DNA from: Lama guanicoe
Lineage: Eukaryota
Reading direction: 5' to 3'
Length of the DNA: 64,000 bases
Assembly (NCBI GenBank): GCA_013239625.1
Contig: MU056960.1
Coordinates: 12,108,698-12,172,697, forward strand
The notes beneath the pieces were generated by a model that was given only the letters and a program-made list of their open reading frames with translations, was not told the DNA's origin and searched no databases. Positions 46,840 to 58,859 of this stretch are shown piece by piece. Position numbers and translations under genes: made by a program. How positions within the stretch are numbered: position 1 is the stretch's first letter; every line of letters begins with the position of its first letter.

Positions 46840-48970
46840 CAGCCCTGTACCCTCTGAAGCCCTCATTCTGTCATCAAGAAAGCTCTTGCATGAGTCACTG
46901 TTTCCTAGATTGTTCTGTGTCCCGATTGACTTTGCCTTAATTATCGCCTGGAGGACCCATTCCTGTCCCAGTGAGGGATGCTTCCCTTGCCTCACACTCC
47001 TTACTAGAGCAGGAAAGAGACTGACAGTCTGCCAGCCCGCCACCACCACCACGTGCAGGCAGTTGTTCCAGAACAGCAAATCTTGACACTTTGCAGCTCT
47101 TGCCATCTGTCTGCCACCTCAAGACGCTACTTCACATCTCCAGCATCTACGAGCTGGTTACACTCCCCCTGACCATGTTTCTGGAGGGCAGGCTCACATC
47201 TTCACCTTTGCTCTGCCTCGCCCCGCTCCCACCTCCCAACATACTGGACAGTTTCAAAGTCCTTGTTAAGAGCCTGCCTAATACCCTGGCTTCAATCACC
47301 TGAAATCTCCAGTCTAACACTCTTCTGTTATAAGGATCTTCAACCATGTAAACATAAAACCTCACCTTGGGGTGTCCAGCTAGGCTGAACCACACTGCCT
47401 TCGATCTTGCTAACTCCCATCTCTCTTTTCAACTTTCTGTCTTTTCCGTTCACCTTCTTTCCAAGTCTACTACACTTGGTTCTATGAACATAATTCTGCC
47501 TCCAGTGCCTGGGCACCTGTATTTTTCCCACTGAGTCAAATTTCTTTCCTTTCTTATGTGAACTAGAACTCAGAATCAACTATGTTTCTTGCAGTCATTA
47601 ACATCCTAGGATGCGTATATCCTCTTGGTCACCTACTATGATCAGTAACATCACTCCCACTGCCTGTGGTCCACTCCTCAGAGACCCATAATAGCAATCA
47701 CCATAGTATAAATGTGCTGATCCACTCCACTGCATGAGCCCTCCACCCTCACTGAACCCTGGTCACCATCTATTTATCCATCTTTGGTTAATTCTCAAAG
47801 TCATCCCTGCAATGTCCCTTTCAATGTCTTTCCACACACAGTTTTTAGTCTCTGCTGAGTTTGCTTCATGCATTGCTTGCTTCCTCTCCATTTTCAGAAG
47901 TTCTCTATCTGTTCACTCATGTCTTCTGCCTTTCTTCCTACTCTCCCATGATATGCCCTTCAGTCCTTGAAGATCCAACTCTCCTGGAATCCTGGTCTCA
48001 CTTGCTCCCTACTCCTCGAGCACACTGACCCTTGAATTGTTCTCTATCTTACATTTTCAGTCTTCCCTCTTTTCTAATGAGGCCAAAGTTGAGCTTATCA
48101 CCTCCATCAACCTGCTTATCCCCCTGTACACCCTACCCCACTGATATCCTCACTCTAATAACAAACACACATGTTAGAAAACTTATCTTCAACTCTGTCA
48201 TCTCCCTGCTTGTTTAGCCTGTGGCCAAGACTGCTTAGCTTGCAAAATCCACGGTCCCCTCCACTTTCTGGACACACAATTTGACTACATTTCTCAGGTC
48301 ACCTGGACGTCAAATACAGTTGTGTGAATGAGCTGTAGCTAACGTAATGTGGACGGAAGTCATGTGTGTCACTTGTAGGCCTGGAAACTTCCCACCCAAG
48401 CTCCTCCATGCTATTTTATCTTTAGGCTGTGTGGAATTGCAATGATCCCCAGGTTTACCTTGGAAGCTGTGTGTTGAAGATGGCAGAGTCTCTGTTAGTG
48501 GAAGTCGTCACGTGTCATTGTGGATAAGGGCAGCCTCTCCAAACTGTTCATCTGCCCAGTGCTGTTATTTGAGCAAGAAATAATCTTCTATTGTGCTGGA
48601 ACCATGGTATACTTGGAAGTCATTTTAACCTACAGAACCAATGCATTCCCAACTGTCAAGCACTGTTGATTCTACTTGCATGGCATCTTTTAGATAATCA
48701 CCCCCCTTCTGAGACCCACCATCACCACTGTAAGTTTCAGCCTTGATGTTTTCTGTCACATGGTCTATTATAATGGCTTCTGAGTGGTCTCTCTGCTTTC
48801 GCTGTCTTGCCTCTGACATCAATTCTGTCATTAAGAATGAAGTTCCTGGAACAAAAATCAGGTACTCTATCCGCACCTCTAGAAGCCCTTGATGTTCACT
48901 GAGTAAATCTCATACTGCTTAGCATGGCATTCAAGGTTGCACATGGACCTGCCCTAAACCATCTTCAGAT
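46840..48970 (+). mobile_element. Long decayed L2 (ORF2 region), split by an MLT1 LTR
   Basis: Pyrimidine-rich L2-like sequence; ctcatactgcttagcatggcattcaagg...catggacctgccct near the 3' part. Confidence 0.55.
48220..48635 (+). mobile_element. MaLR solo LTR (MLT1H2/I-like)
   Basis: tgtggccaagactgcttagc...gactacatttc...aatgtggacggaagtcatgtgtgtcactt...tgttgaagatggcagag...gagcaagaaataatcttctattgtg. Confidence 0.82.
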
Positions 48971-50184
48971 ACCCATTGACTTTGGGGCAAAGCAAATGGA
49001 CTGTTCACCACTTTTTCTGCCTCTACTTTTGCCATTATTCATGGTCTTAACTGCGATAAAAGGGAGAATTTTCATTTGTATGATGCTTGTTTCCCTTCCC
49101 TTTCACACCCACCGTGGTGGGCTGTTCTACGAGGGGGACTGAGACAGCCATCACCCCTTCTCTGTAGATGTTTGCTACACAGAGCTTGGCTTCCAGCCTC
49201 TCTCTAAGGCCCGCTACCTAGTTGGTCTTCAGATGAGATGCATGCTGCCTCCATGACATGTCCTTCTGGTCATGGCCATTTCCCCAAAGTCACGGCCACC
49301 CTAGAGCCTGCTCCTCACTGCTGAGCATCTGCCTCCAAATGCCTCATTTTCTCTCTGCAGCTAGCAACCATCCATTTCCTCGTTTGAAAGACAATGCCAA
49401 AGAGAAACAGTTAGATTAAGAGCAAGAAGACACAATTTATAAGAGTCTCTCCTTGGGTATTTCTTGTTCCTTCTACTTAAGACATTGTTACCCATGATTT
49501 GTGCGTTGACTCCCTCTGGATATAGGAAAGCTCTGTACACAGGAATGAAATAGACACTTTGATGGATGTCTTCTTTTTTTCCTGTCATTTATTTAATAAC
49601 ATATCTTATTCCAAGCCATAATAGCAAGTAGTTTTTAGATTGCATCTTGCAGGGGAGAAAATATGTTAGAAATGGTCTTGCTCTGTACAATCTTTTCTTT
49701 GGTACCACTTAGGAGGAAAGATATTCACTGATTTACCTGGGAGCTGAGGAAAGATTATCTTTGGAAAGATTGTGTAGGTAGGGGGACTAATTTGATGGTG
49801 GTTTATTTGAAATGCAAACATGGCCATTTCCCATGAAATAAGTTGACCCTACAAATTCCATCCACATATGCCTCCAAGAACATGAAGCAATGGAAATAGC
49901 AGAGGGAAAGAAATAATATTTTTTAAAAAAGGACAGAGACTATTATTCTGAAAACAGTACATTCAGCAAGCACTTAATGAGCACTTACTGTAAATGTCCT
50001 ACACTGTATGCAAGCATCTTACTACTGATAGAACTTTGATGAGTGATCCAAGGCTGATTTTAAAGACACATGTGGACCTCAGACAGCAAACCTCAGTTCA
50101 GAAGTGAGAGTGTTGGGTTCATCTACTCAGTATATGTGTTCCCAGAACATGTATAAGGCACCATGGTGGGTTCTACAGCAAGGC

Positions 50185-50420
50185 TACATTGCACAGTGGC
50201 TAAGAATGTAGTTTCAGTAGCATAGGTTTAAATTCCGGAGCCCCAGGTGCTCGCCAGGTGAGTGCACAAACTCTCTCCTTCTCAGTTTCCTCATCTACAA
50301 TTTGGAGACAACAATGACACCTAACTCACTGGGTTATTATCAGGAGTAAACAGGTTAATTTAGTAAGCACCTGGCATATAGGAAAGCACTGTATACTTTC
50401 TGTGTATGTTAGTTTGCTAA
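50185..50420 (+). mobile_element. MIR SINE
   Basis: cagtggctaaga...ctcagtttcctcatctacaatttggagacaacaatgacacctaactca...cacctggcatatagg. Confidence 0.8.
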
Positions 50421-51427
50421 CTAAATAAAATAGAGTTTGTTGCAAAGCTTATCAAGAAATGGTCCTTGCCTTCAGGAGCTGACAGAAAGAGTTATAAGCT
50501 GATTCTAAAGGGCAGGAGCTCTTCACAAACCTTAGCCATAGAAACTGGGCTGGACCTCCAAATGAAATCAACTTGCTGAAATGAACCCTGAGATCACCAC
50601 TGCTATTGAACGCTGTTGATTCCGGGAACCTGGTAAAAGTTGGTCCTCTCTAGGCTAGTCTTCATTCACAGCAAAAAGCAGCGGTTCTGAGATGTTACTT
50701 TCGGCAGGAAAAAAACGATGATTGGAGGGCATTAAATTTTACTCCTGGTCACAGAATATTTTTTGTGTAGCGATAAAAACCATTTTAAACATCCTCAGTT
50801 TCAAATTCTTCCTCTTTTTCCGTTCTCTCTCCTCATTCATGAGGTATTTATGACAAACATTAAATTTTTTTTAGTTTAAAATAAAGAGTTTAGTGCAGAG
50901 TAAAACTCTGTTGGTATTAAGTGTTGCTATTTGTTAGTTTGAAGGTTAGATAAATATTTTAGAAATTAAAAAGCTCCTTTTTTTATCTCTGATTCCTTGG
51001 GCCAGGTACAGAAATGTTAAAAAAAATTTTTTGACCAACTGTCAGTACTTGCTTTCACTAAACACTGCTTTTTGCTAATGTCATGTTGTCTCTTTGTCAT
51101 CATTGGTTATGTGGAGACCTTGAAGATTCTATGAAAACAGCAAGAAAGAGCAAGATGTTCATTTCCTTGAGAAAAGGTGGCTGACTCATGCCCTAAAAAG
51201 AGGCTCCAAGGCACATTCAAGCATCCACTGTCAATGAAAAGGCTCCATCAAGCCTCAGCCACCACTGTTTCCAAGGATCTTGGGGAGACCTTGCCAGGCA
51301 GTCTGGCACCAGGCTCAGGGTGCCCAACATCTGGGGAAAGGGCATTCCCAGTTTTGGGTGGAGATTTTCTTTATGTTCCATCATCAGAGGGAAGAGGTGG
51401 AAATAATCACATCTAGAATAAAAAACA

Positions 51428-52780
51428 ATAAACCTCCTAGAAGAAAATACAGGCAAAACATTATCTGACATACATCTCTCCTAGAGCAGTCTACCCAAGC
51501 AATAGAAATAAAAGCAATAATAAACAAATGGGACCTAATGAAACTTATAAGCTTCAGCACAGCAAAGGAAACCATAAGCAAAACATAACAACAACCTATG
51601 GAATGGGAGAAAATTTTTGCAGACAATGAAACCGACAAAGGCTTGATCTCCAGAATATATAAGCAGCTCATACAACTTAATAAGAAAAAACAAACAACCC
51701 AATCCAATGGGCAGAAGACCTAAACAAGCAATTCTCCAAGGAAGAAATACAAATGATCAATAGGCACAGGGAAAAATGCTCAATATCACTAATTATCAGA
51801 GAAATGAAAATCAAAACTACAATGAGGTATCACCTCACACCAGTCAGAATGGCCATCATTCAAAAGTCCACAAATGACAAATGTTGGAGAGGCTGTGGGG
51901 AAAGGGGAACCATCCTATATTGCTGGTGGGAATGCAGTTCGGTGCAGCCACTGTGGAAAACAGTATGGAGACTCTTCAAAAGACTAGGAATAGACTTACC
52001 ATATGACCCAGGAATCCCAATCCTGAGCATATATCCAGAAGGAACCCTACTTCAAAANNNNNNNNNNNNNNNNNNNNNNNNNNNNNNNNNNNNNNNNNNN
52101 NNNNNNNNNNNNNNNNNNNNNNNNNNNNNNNNNNNNNNNNNNNNNNNNNNNNNNNNNNNNNNNNNNNNNNNNNNNNNNNNNNNNNNNNNNNNNNNNNNNN
52201 NNNNNNNNNNNNCATTTGCAGCAACATGGATGTTCCTGGAGAATGTCATTCTAAGTGAAGTAAGCCAGAAAGAAAGAAAAATACCATATAAGATGTGAAA
52301 TCTAAAAAAAAAAAACAGAACATAAATACAAAACAGAAACAGACTCATAGACATAGAATAAAAACCTGTGGTTGCCAAGGGGGAGGAGGGTGGGAAGGGA
52401 CAGACTGGGAGCTTGAGATTTGTAGATACTGGCAGGGATGTGTAGAATAGATAAACAAGATTATACTGTATAGCACAAGGAAATATATACAAGATCTTAT
52501 GGTAGCTCACAGTGAAAAAAAATGTGACAATGAATATATGTATGTTCATGTAGAACTGAAAAATTGTGCTGTATACTGGAATTTGACACAACATTGTAAA
52601 ATGACTATAATTCAAAAAAATGTTTAAAAAATATACAAGATCTTGTGGTAGCTCACAGTGAAAAAAATGTGACAATGGATACATGTATGTTCATGTATAA
52701 CTGAAAAATTGTGCTCTACACTGGAAATTGATACAACATTGTAAAATCACTATAACTCAATAAAAAATGCCTTTAAAAAA
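51428..52780 (+). mobile_element. Young camelid-type LINE-1, 5'-truncated, with tandemly doubled 3' terminus
   Basis: ORF 51753-52298 [29 protein letters not shown]...[24 protein letters not shown] (ORF2 C-terminal cysteine-rich domain); perfect 13-bp TSD agaataaaaaaca at 51415-51427 and 52781-52793. Confidence 0.97.
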
Positions 52781-53749
52781 AGAATAAAAAACATTCCTAT
52801 CACTGCTTCCTCTCAGGTTAGGTCCTAATTAGGACTATCATTAAAAAAAAAAAAGGCAACAAGTTTTCAGGCTGGTGGCCAAAGACCCAAATAGGTGGAC
52901 TCTGGATAGATACATAAGCTAACCATAAGCAGTTTTCGCTGGTTACATTAAGAAGCAATTACATGCACTCTTTAACCCAAATTTAAAGGTTACTTGGACT
53001 AATAGCAAATAAGCTTTGAACCTCAGCCTTCGTACAGATCACGGATTCTTACCTCCCTCTTGCCGGGAGCCACGTTTACCTGTCCCTGACTCCTATGAGC
53101 CTACAATGACGTCCTCCTTACAACTCCTTCGGTAACAAGAATCTCAGGGCTACCCTTTCAAGGGGCAATCCCTTACAAACCACAGAGGGACACAACCCTA
53201 GACTAAAGAACACTGTTAAATAGGATTTTGATTTAGTGGCTCTGATTTTATCTTTTGTACTGTGCAAAGAAAAAAAAGGCAGTAATGTTTTATCAGCAGC
53301 TACACGGTAAGCATATTGTACACTTCAATTAGATTCCTTTATCTAGCACGTCCTGCCCTAAGTGAACTGCTGCCTCGTGTTTCTGCCGTCCCCAGGCAGG
53401 CACACGCAGCCCATGTTGAGGGTTCTAAGATGCTTTATTAAACAGAAAATTAATATAATGATATTGTGTCAGCTGGCAGCTTCTTGAGAGTGAAAGACTT
53501 TGCAGTATTTTATTATCCGAACCAAATTCCAGCTTCTGGGAACTGGCAATCTAGAGACTTTAATATCGGTGCTTCCCCAGGAGAAAATTGCATAAGCCCC
53601 AATGTGAAGCTTTGGCTACAACCACATGAAGCCAAAACAACAAGTGATTATATGAAGTGAGCCAAACACCTGGCTCTTTCCTGAGCAAGAATAAAACTGG
53701 CTTTTATATAGTGTATAAACTGGTGGGATTTTGGAGATTTGTGTAGGTT

Positions 53750-54960
53750 TCATTTATTTACTCAGTAAATGTTAAATGAGCCCCTTCTATGCTTGGCACT
53801 GTAGGTCCTGGAGAGAGGGGAATAAGCTCTGGACTTCAAGGCGCCCACTGTTTAGTAAAGAGAAAAACATGAAACAAAAGAATTATAACACTGTATGTGG
53901 CAGATGCTGTTGTCACTATCATTTACCCAATACTCAATCCCTTCTCCCATTTTTCTTGCAGATGCCAGTTGTGTTTGATTTGGTGATGTGTGCAATTCTA
54001 TACTCACTTTATCAGCTTCCTTTGCAGCTAGAAGTAGGCTAGTCACATAATTCCAGACAATATATAAGCAGACATCTAATGAGATATTTTGGGATAGCTT
54101 TTGTTCTTTTGTATAAAGAGGACAGACAAGGCCAGTGCTGCACTAACTTCCACCTTTTGCATTGAACTAAGATGTGATGCCTGGTGCTAGGGCAGCCATA
54201 ATGCAACCAAGAGGTGACAGACATGTGAATGAGAGCTAACACTCAAAGCATGGAAAAATACAAGGATAGAAAAGTTCTGGCTTCCTGATGACAACACTGA
54301 GATCCTGAGTCAGTGCCAGATACCACCAAAACCTGGATGTTTTGTTAAATAAAAAAGAAATACCAAACACTTTTTTTTTTACATAGGCCATTCTTCATCC
54401 ACTTTTCTGTTACTTCTATAGCTATATTCCTCATAGAGCCAGCCATAAGAACTAAAAATATATTTATGTTATAGAGGAAAAGTGTGAGTATTCTTGGGTT
54501 GGGAAAGGTCAAGGAAGGTCATACTTCCTCCTTGAGAGGATACACTTCTTCCATGGAATAATATTTAGATCAAGTTTCAGTGGAAGCAAAGGAGTTCCCT
54601 GGGGGGCTCAACATGGGGAAATGCAGATTAGACTGAGGGATCAGCACATGTGACGGTTGGGTTGCATGAAAAAGGAGGGCATGCTGAGGAACCAGAGTGG
54701 TTCAACATGAAGGAAGCGTGGGTTTCGGGAAGGGAACGTGTGCAAGAGATGGTATGTGAAGATGGGAACATAAACAAGCGCTAGATTACAAGGGTTTTGA
54801 AAGTCAGATTAGTGCATCAGTGAAGGCTTTAAGCAGGTAAGTGAAATGAGTGAAAGATAACTCGCTTTCATGGAAACATGCAAGAGAAAGGTTAGGGGGT
54901 TGGGAAGATGGCTTTAAGAAGATCAGTTTGAATGTAGTTTTATAATTACCCAAAATGATT
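53750..54960 (-). mobile_element. L2 fragment split by an MLT1J LTR
   Basis: catttatttactcagtaaatg...ctatgcttggcactgt on the left; ggtcaaggaagg...agggatcagcacatgtga on the right. Confidence 0.55.
53896..54435 (+). mobile_element. MaLR solo LTR (MLT1J-like)
   Basis: tgtggcagatgctgtt...cagcttcctttgcagctag...gatgtgatgcctggtgctagggcagccataatgcaacca...ttttctgttactt. Confidence 0.82.
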
Positions 54961-55009
54961 TTAAACCCTGGAGCCAATGAGTAGCTTTTACAGTATGTGG
55001 GGGAGAAAT

Positions 55010-55200
55010 AACATTTGTATTTCAGGCCCAGCACATAGACTATCTTGTTGAATCTTTCTTTAACACACTGAGATGGTCAATGTATCTCCATTTCAGAGAT
55101 GAGATGACTGAGTGTCAGGAGCTCAGGTCGTTGCCTAAGTTCTCACAGCCACAGGTAGGAGGTCTGGCTCCTAACCCTGCCTGACACCTCTGACTCCTGT
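55010..55200 (-). mobile_element. MIR SINE
   Basis: ctccatttcagagatgagatgactgag...ttgcctaagttctcacagc. Confidence 0.65.
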
Positions 55201-56124
55201 GTGAAAAGGGACATTGTCCCCAGCTGGACGCGGGGTACTGGGGGACTCTGGATGTTAACACAGGGCCCCAGATATCTCAAACATGGTGACCAGGAAACCA
55301 CTTTCCCGACCCTAAGAACCATCCAGCGAGAGGAAGGATGCAGGTAGATAGATCTTGCTGGGATGGTGTAGGTGTGCACAGGCTCTGTCAAAAAGAGATC
55401 TGTGGGAGACAATCCCCCTTGATAAGAATTCCTTAGATCTGTGGGAGCCAGAACCTTTGTCTTCAACCTAGCCTAAGGTAGATCACCTAGAGACATTTTT
55501 TTAAAATGGTACCACTCATAATAAATCCTTTAAGAGTAATTTTCCCCAATTGCTAGGCACTGTTTTAAGTGCCTTACACACATTAGCTCATTTAATCAGT
55601 GACAACATCACACGGGAAAACCTCCAAAGCAGGGTTTTTATGTTGCGCGTTCAACCGCGTAGAGGCTGCCAATGTGGAGTGGTACCCCCAGGGGGGTGGG
55701 GGTGGGGGGAGCAGCTGCCACCTGCTCCCTGCTCCCTGCTATTTAAAACCTCTGCAACAGGGTCTGGAGTGTGTATTCCTTCAGGGCAGAGCCTCGGGAG
55801 AGAGGCACACAGGGGCTAAGATGGGCTGAAGGGAAGCAGGGAGGAAAGGGAAGCAGTCAGCATTTATCAGGACGTATTACATGGCTGAGCCAGGGCTGGG
55901 TCCTGTGAAAGCCCGTACAGAACTGGCTGCACAGTAACCACCCCTGAGCTAATGCTATCAAGAGGGCAGTTTAATGGCATTACCTGGGAAGAATCATGGC
56001 AGTTTTGTTCCTTCCCAGCGAGGAAATCCATTTTCACTTAGGACATCAACCAGGAAGTTCCACAGCCAGCCGGACAGAATAAAGCATGGACCCCATGGCC
56101 CCATCTGGGCAGAACACAGGTGAT

Positions 56125-56310
56125 AATTCTGACTGCTAACATCTATCGAGTGCATGCACACATGCTAGGCACAGCCCTCAGCTCCGTATGTTTGTTATCT
56201 CACTTGATCTATCTGAGGTGAAAATGCCACCTCCAGCTTATAGATGAGGAAGAGTGAGACATGGAGGGTTTCAGTAACTTGACCATGTTCATCCAGCAGC
56301 TGAGCCGGGG
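56125..56310 (-). mobile_element. MIR SINE
   Basis: gctaacatctatcgagtgc...atgctaggcac...ttatagatgaggaagagtgagacatggag...gtaacttgaccatg. Confidence 0.75.
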
Positions 56311-56689
56311 GTTGAGGGTTAGGGGTTACAAAATACAACATACAGTGATCAGATAGTTAGAAGGGAGGCAGAGCAAACAAACTGAAGGGCCCATTCTGGG
56401 AGTGGTCAATAGCGGTCACACACAAAACACTGGGCAGCCAGAATGGCCTGGGCACCAGCCAGTTGGACTGGACGCTAGCCACGGGCTTCCCCCCTGGAGC
56501 TGGTAGGTGCAGAACAGCTGAGTGCGTGCCCAGGTGATGAGCAGGCCGCCAGCATCAGGACACGTATTCTGGAAGGAAGCCAAACTTCCCAACTCCAGCA
56601 CAATAAGGATCTGGTTCCCAGAGCAAACTCTGAACAAATGCTTAAATGAAGACTGAGGATCTTCACCGGGTTTTATTTCATTTCACGGT

Positions 56690-57110
56690 GCTCATCAATT
56701 CCTTCACTCCACCAGCAAGCATTTGTTGAGTACCCACTGTATACCAGGCATAGCTGTAAATGCCCGTAAGTGTGAATAAGGAGAGACACAAATCCTTGCC
56801 ATCGAGGAGTTTACGTTGCAGTAAAGAGAGAGATTAACTAAGCAAATGTGATAACTAGGTAAACCATATGGGAAAATAGTATGTGTTACACAATATAAAA
56901 TAAGAACAGGTGGATTGGGAATGCTGAGGCTGGGGCCAGGGTCCCAGGGAAAAGGTGACATGTGAGCAATACTTAATGAAGGTGGAGAGTCAGCCATGCA
57001 GGTATCTTGAAGAGCTTTTGTTCCAGGTGTTAGGAACAGGCAAGTCACAGGCCGTAAGTGAAAGCAGTGTTTGGGCTTCACTGGGGAAGAGAGGGGTTTT
57101 CAGCAAATCA
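56690..57110 (-). mobile_element. L2 3' end
   Basis: cagcaagcatttgttgagtacccactgtataccaggca...aaatccttgccatcgaggagtttac...ttccaggtgttaggaacag. Confidence 0.85.
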
Positions 57111-57129
57111 GTGAAGTAGGAATAAAAGC

Positions 57130-57335
57130 TACCGAGCATGGCGTCCTGGACTCTATGGGACGGGGCTCATATCCCAGCTCTACAGGGTTCTGAGCCTCAC
57201 TTTCCTCATCTGTAAAATGGAAATAATACTTGTAGCTGTCTCTCAGATTCTCATGAGGACTGAATTTGACAATATGTGTAAAGTGCTCAGAACGCTTGTG
57301 CAGGGCACACAGCGAGCCCTCAGTGATGTTTGCTA
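57130..57335 (+). mobile_element. MIR SINE
   Basis: tctgagcctcactttcctcatctgtaaaatggaaataatac...atgtgtaaagtgctcagaac. Confidence 0.85.
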
Positions 57336-58442
57336 CTCCGTGGCTTCTCCCCACAGCACCTAACTCCACATTCACATTTTCAGGGTTACTGGCCTCCCCC
57401 ATTTTACCTGTGGGGCAGAGGTTGGGTCCTACTTAGTTCTGAATCTCCAGATCCTCGACTGGAACGTGGCACAGGACAAGCCCGGGGTAGAGAGCCGCAG
57501 AATTGGGGTCTGCTGGATGACCCAACGGGAAGCTAGAGATAGGACTGTAAAGATGGGAACTGGGTCCGGTATTCCAGACCTCAGTCTGTAGAGGCAGGGG
57601 AAGTGGAGCCACGAATGTGGAAGAACCACTAGAAACAGACACTGACCAGAAGGGAACTATGTTAACCAAGACTGCGGGGCCCTTTACGGCTCTTAGGCAG
57701 AGGTATGATTTGTCCTGGGTCCAGGGTCACTGCCATCCATCAAGGAACAGAAGCTGGAGCCTCTTAACTGGAACATGCTGCTTCCTCCCTCTGCAATATG
57801 CCTACTGAGTCTCCGCGTCAGGGTCTGCCCAACATGACTTCACACCAGCACACAAGCCGAGATGGGCCCTGATGAGCTGGAATTCAGCTCATGCCTCATT
57901 CATGGGATTTTTCTCTATTTCCAGTGACAAAACAAGCACTTTTTTTTTTTCTGGAAGCCTGAATCTGTGCTTTTCATGTATATCTGTCCTCAAATAGCCT
58001 GAGGACAACAGAGCTTGTGTGTTAGATGAGGAACAGAACAGGAAGAGGAGCAAAGGAAACATCTATGCTCAGTGGGAGGCTGGCCCCCACGCCCATGACG
58101 GCGAGACGGCTTGTGCACTGGCTGCCGGGCACCCTGCTCGGGCAGAAGGCACCTCAGGAGCTGCCGTTAATTCCCGAGCCTCTCCTGCCACCAATTTTAG
58201 TCCAACTCCTTGATTTAATTACACTCCTGCGTACAATAAAAAGCTTGCGTTCTCCCATTCGTGATGAATATTAAGCTGATAGACCTGTAATTTCCTCCAG
58301 CAGGCACACTCCCATTTTTGCATATTGATGCCGCATTTAGTTTGTTATTTTCTAATTTTCCGTCCTCCTGGTCCTGTGCTCACCACCTTCTCTCCATAAT
58401 AATTTCTACCACCCTCTCCCCATAATAATTTCTATCAGCATG

Positions 58443-58485
58443 CACACGTACACACGTACACACGTACACACACACACACACACAC
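58443..58485. repeat. Compound (CACACGTA)n/(CA)n microsatellite
   Basis: Directly visible. Confidence 0.9.
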
Positions 58486-58859
58486 CCTCATGCCTTCTGT
58501 CTCTCCTCCGACCCCACCCAGATGGTGAGCAGCACACACTTGAGCAATGTGAGCCCCCTTTTATGCCTGCCACAGCACAGAAAGAGGTCTGGGCTCTGGG
58601 CTCTGACTGGGGAGGGCCACATGGCTACAAGAGGGCAAGAAGAGACAATAAAGAACAGAGCTGCAGGTAGGGTTCTGAGGGTGAACACGGAGACTGGCCA
58701 GAAGGTGTGGGTGCCTTTAAGGTATTCGGGGGACAGCAGCATCCCACAGGGAGGGAACAGGAATAAAAGTCGGAACGGGTTGGGGTGTCCAGCAAAACTC
58801 AGCCTGGCTCTCACATGTCCTCTCCTGGCAGCTGTCTGTGATTCTGTGACTTCCCTGGG

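Noticed and set aside
46388-47395. 146-162 aa ORFs
   Set aside because: Overlap decayed L2-like pyrimidine-rich sequence; no intact domain motifs
51753-52298. 181-aa ORF with clear L1 ORF2 homology as a functional CDS
   Set aside because: C-terminal fragment of a 5'-truncated L1 with no promoter, endonuclease or RT domain and with frameshifts nearby
56306-56328. Interstitial telomere-like gggttgagggttaggggtta (similar at about 44354-44368)
   Set aside because: Only one exact TTAGGG unit each; consistent with chance
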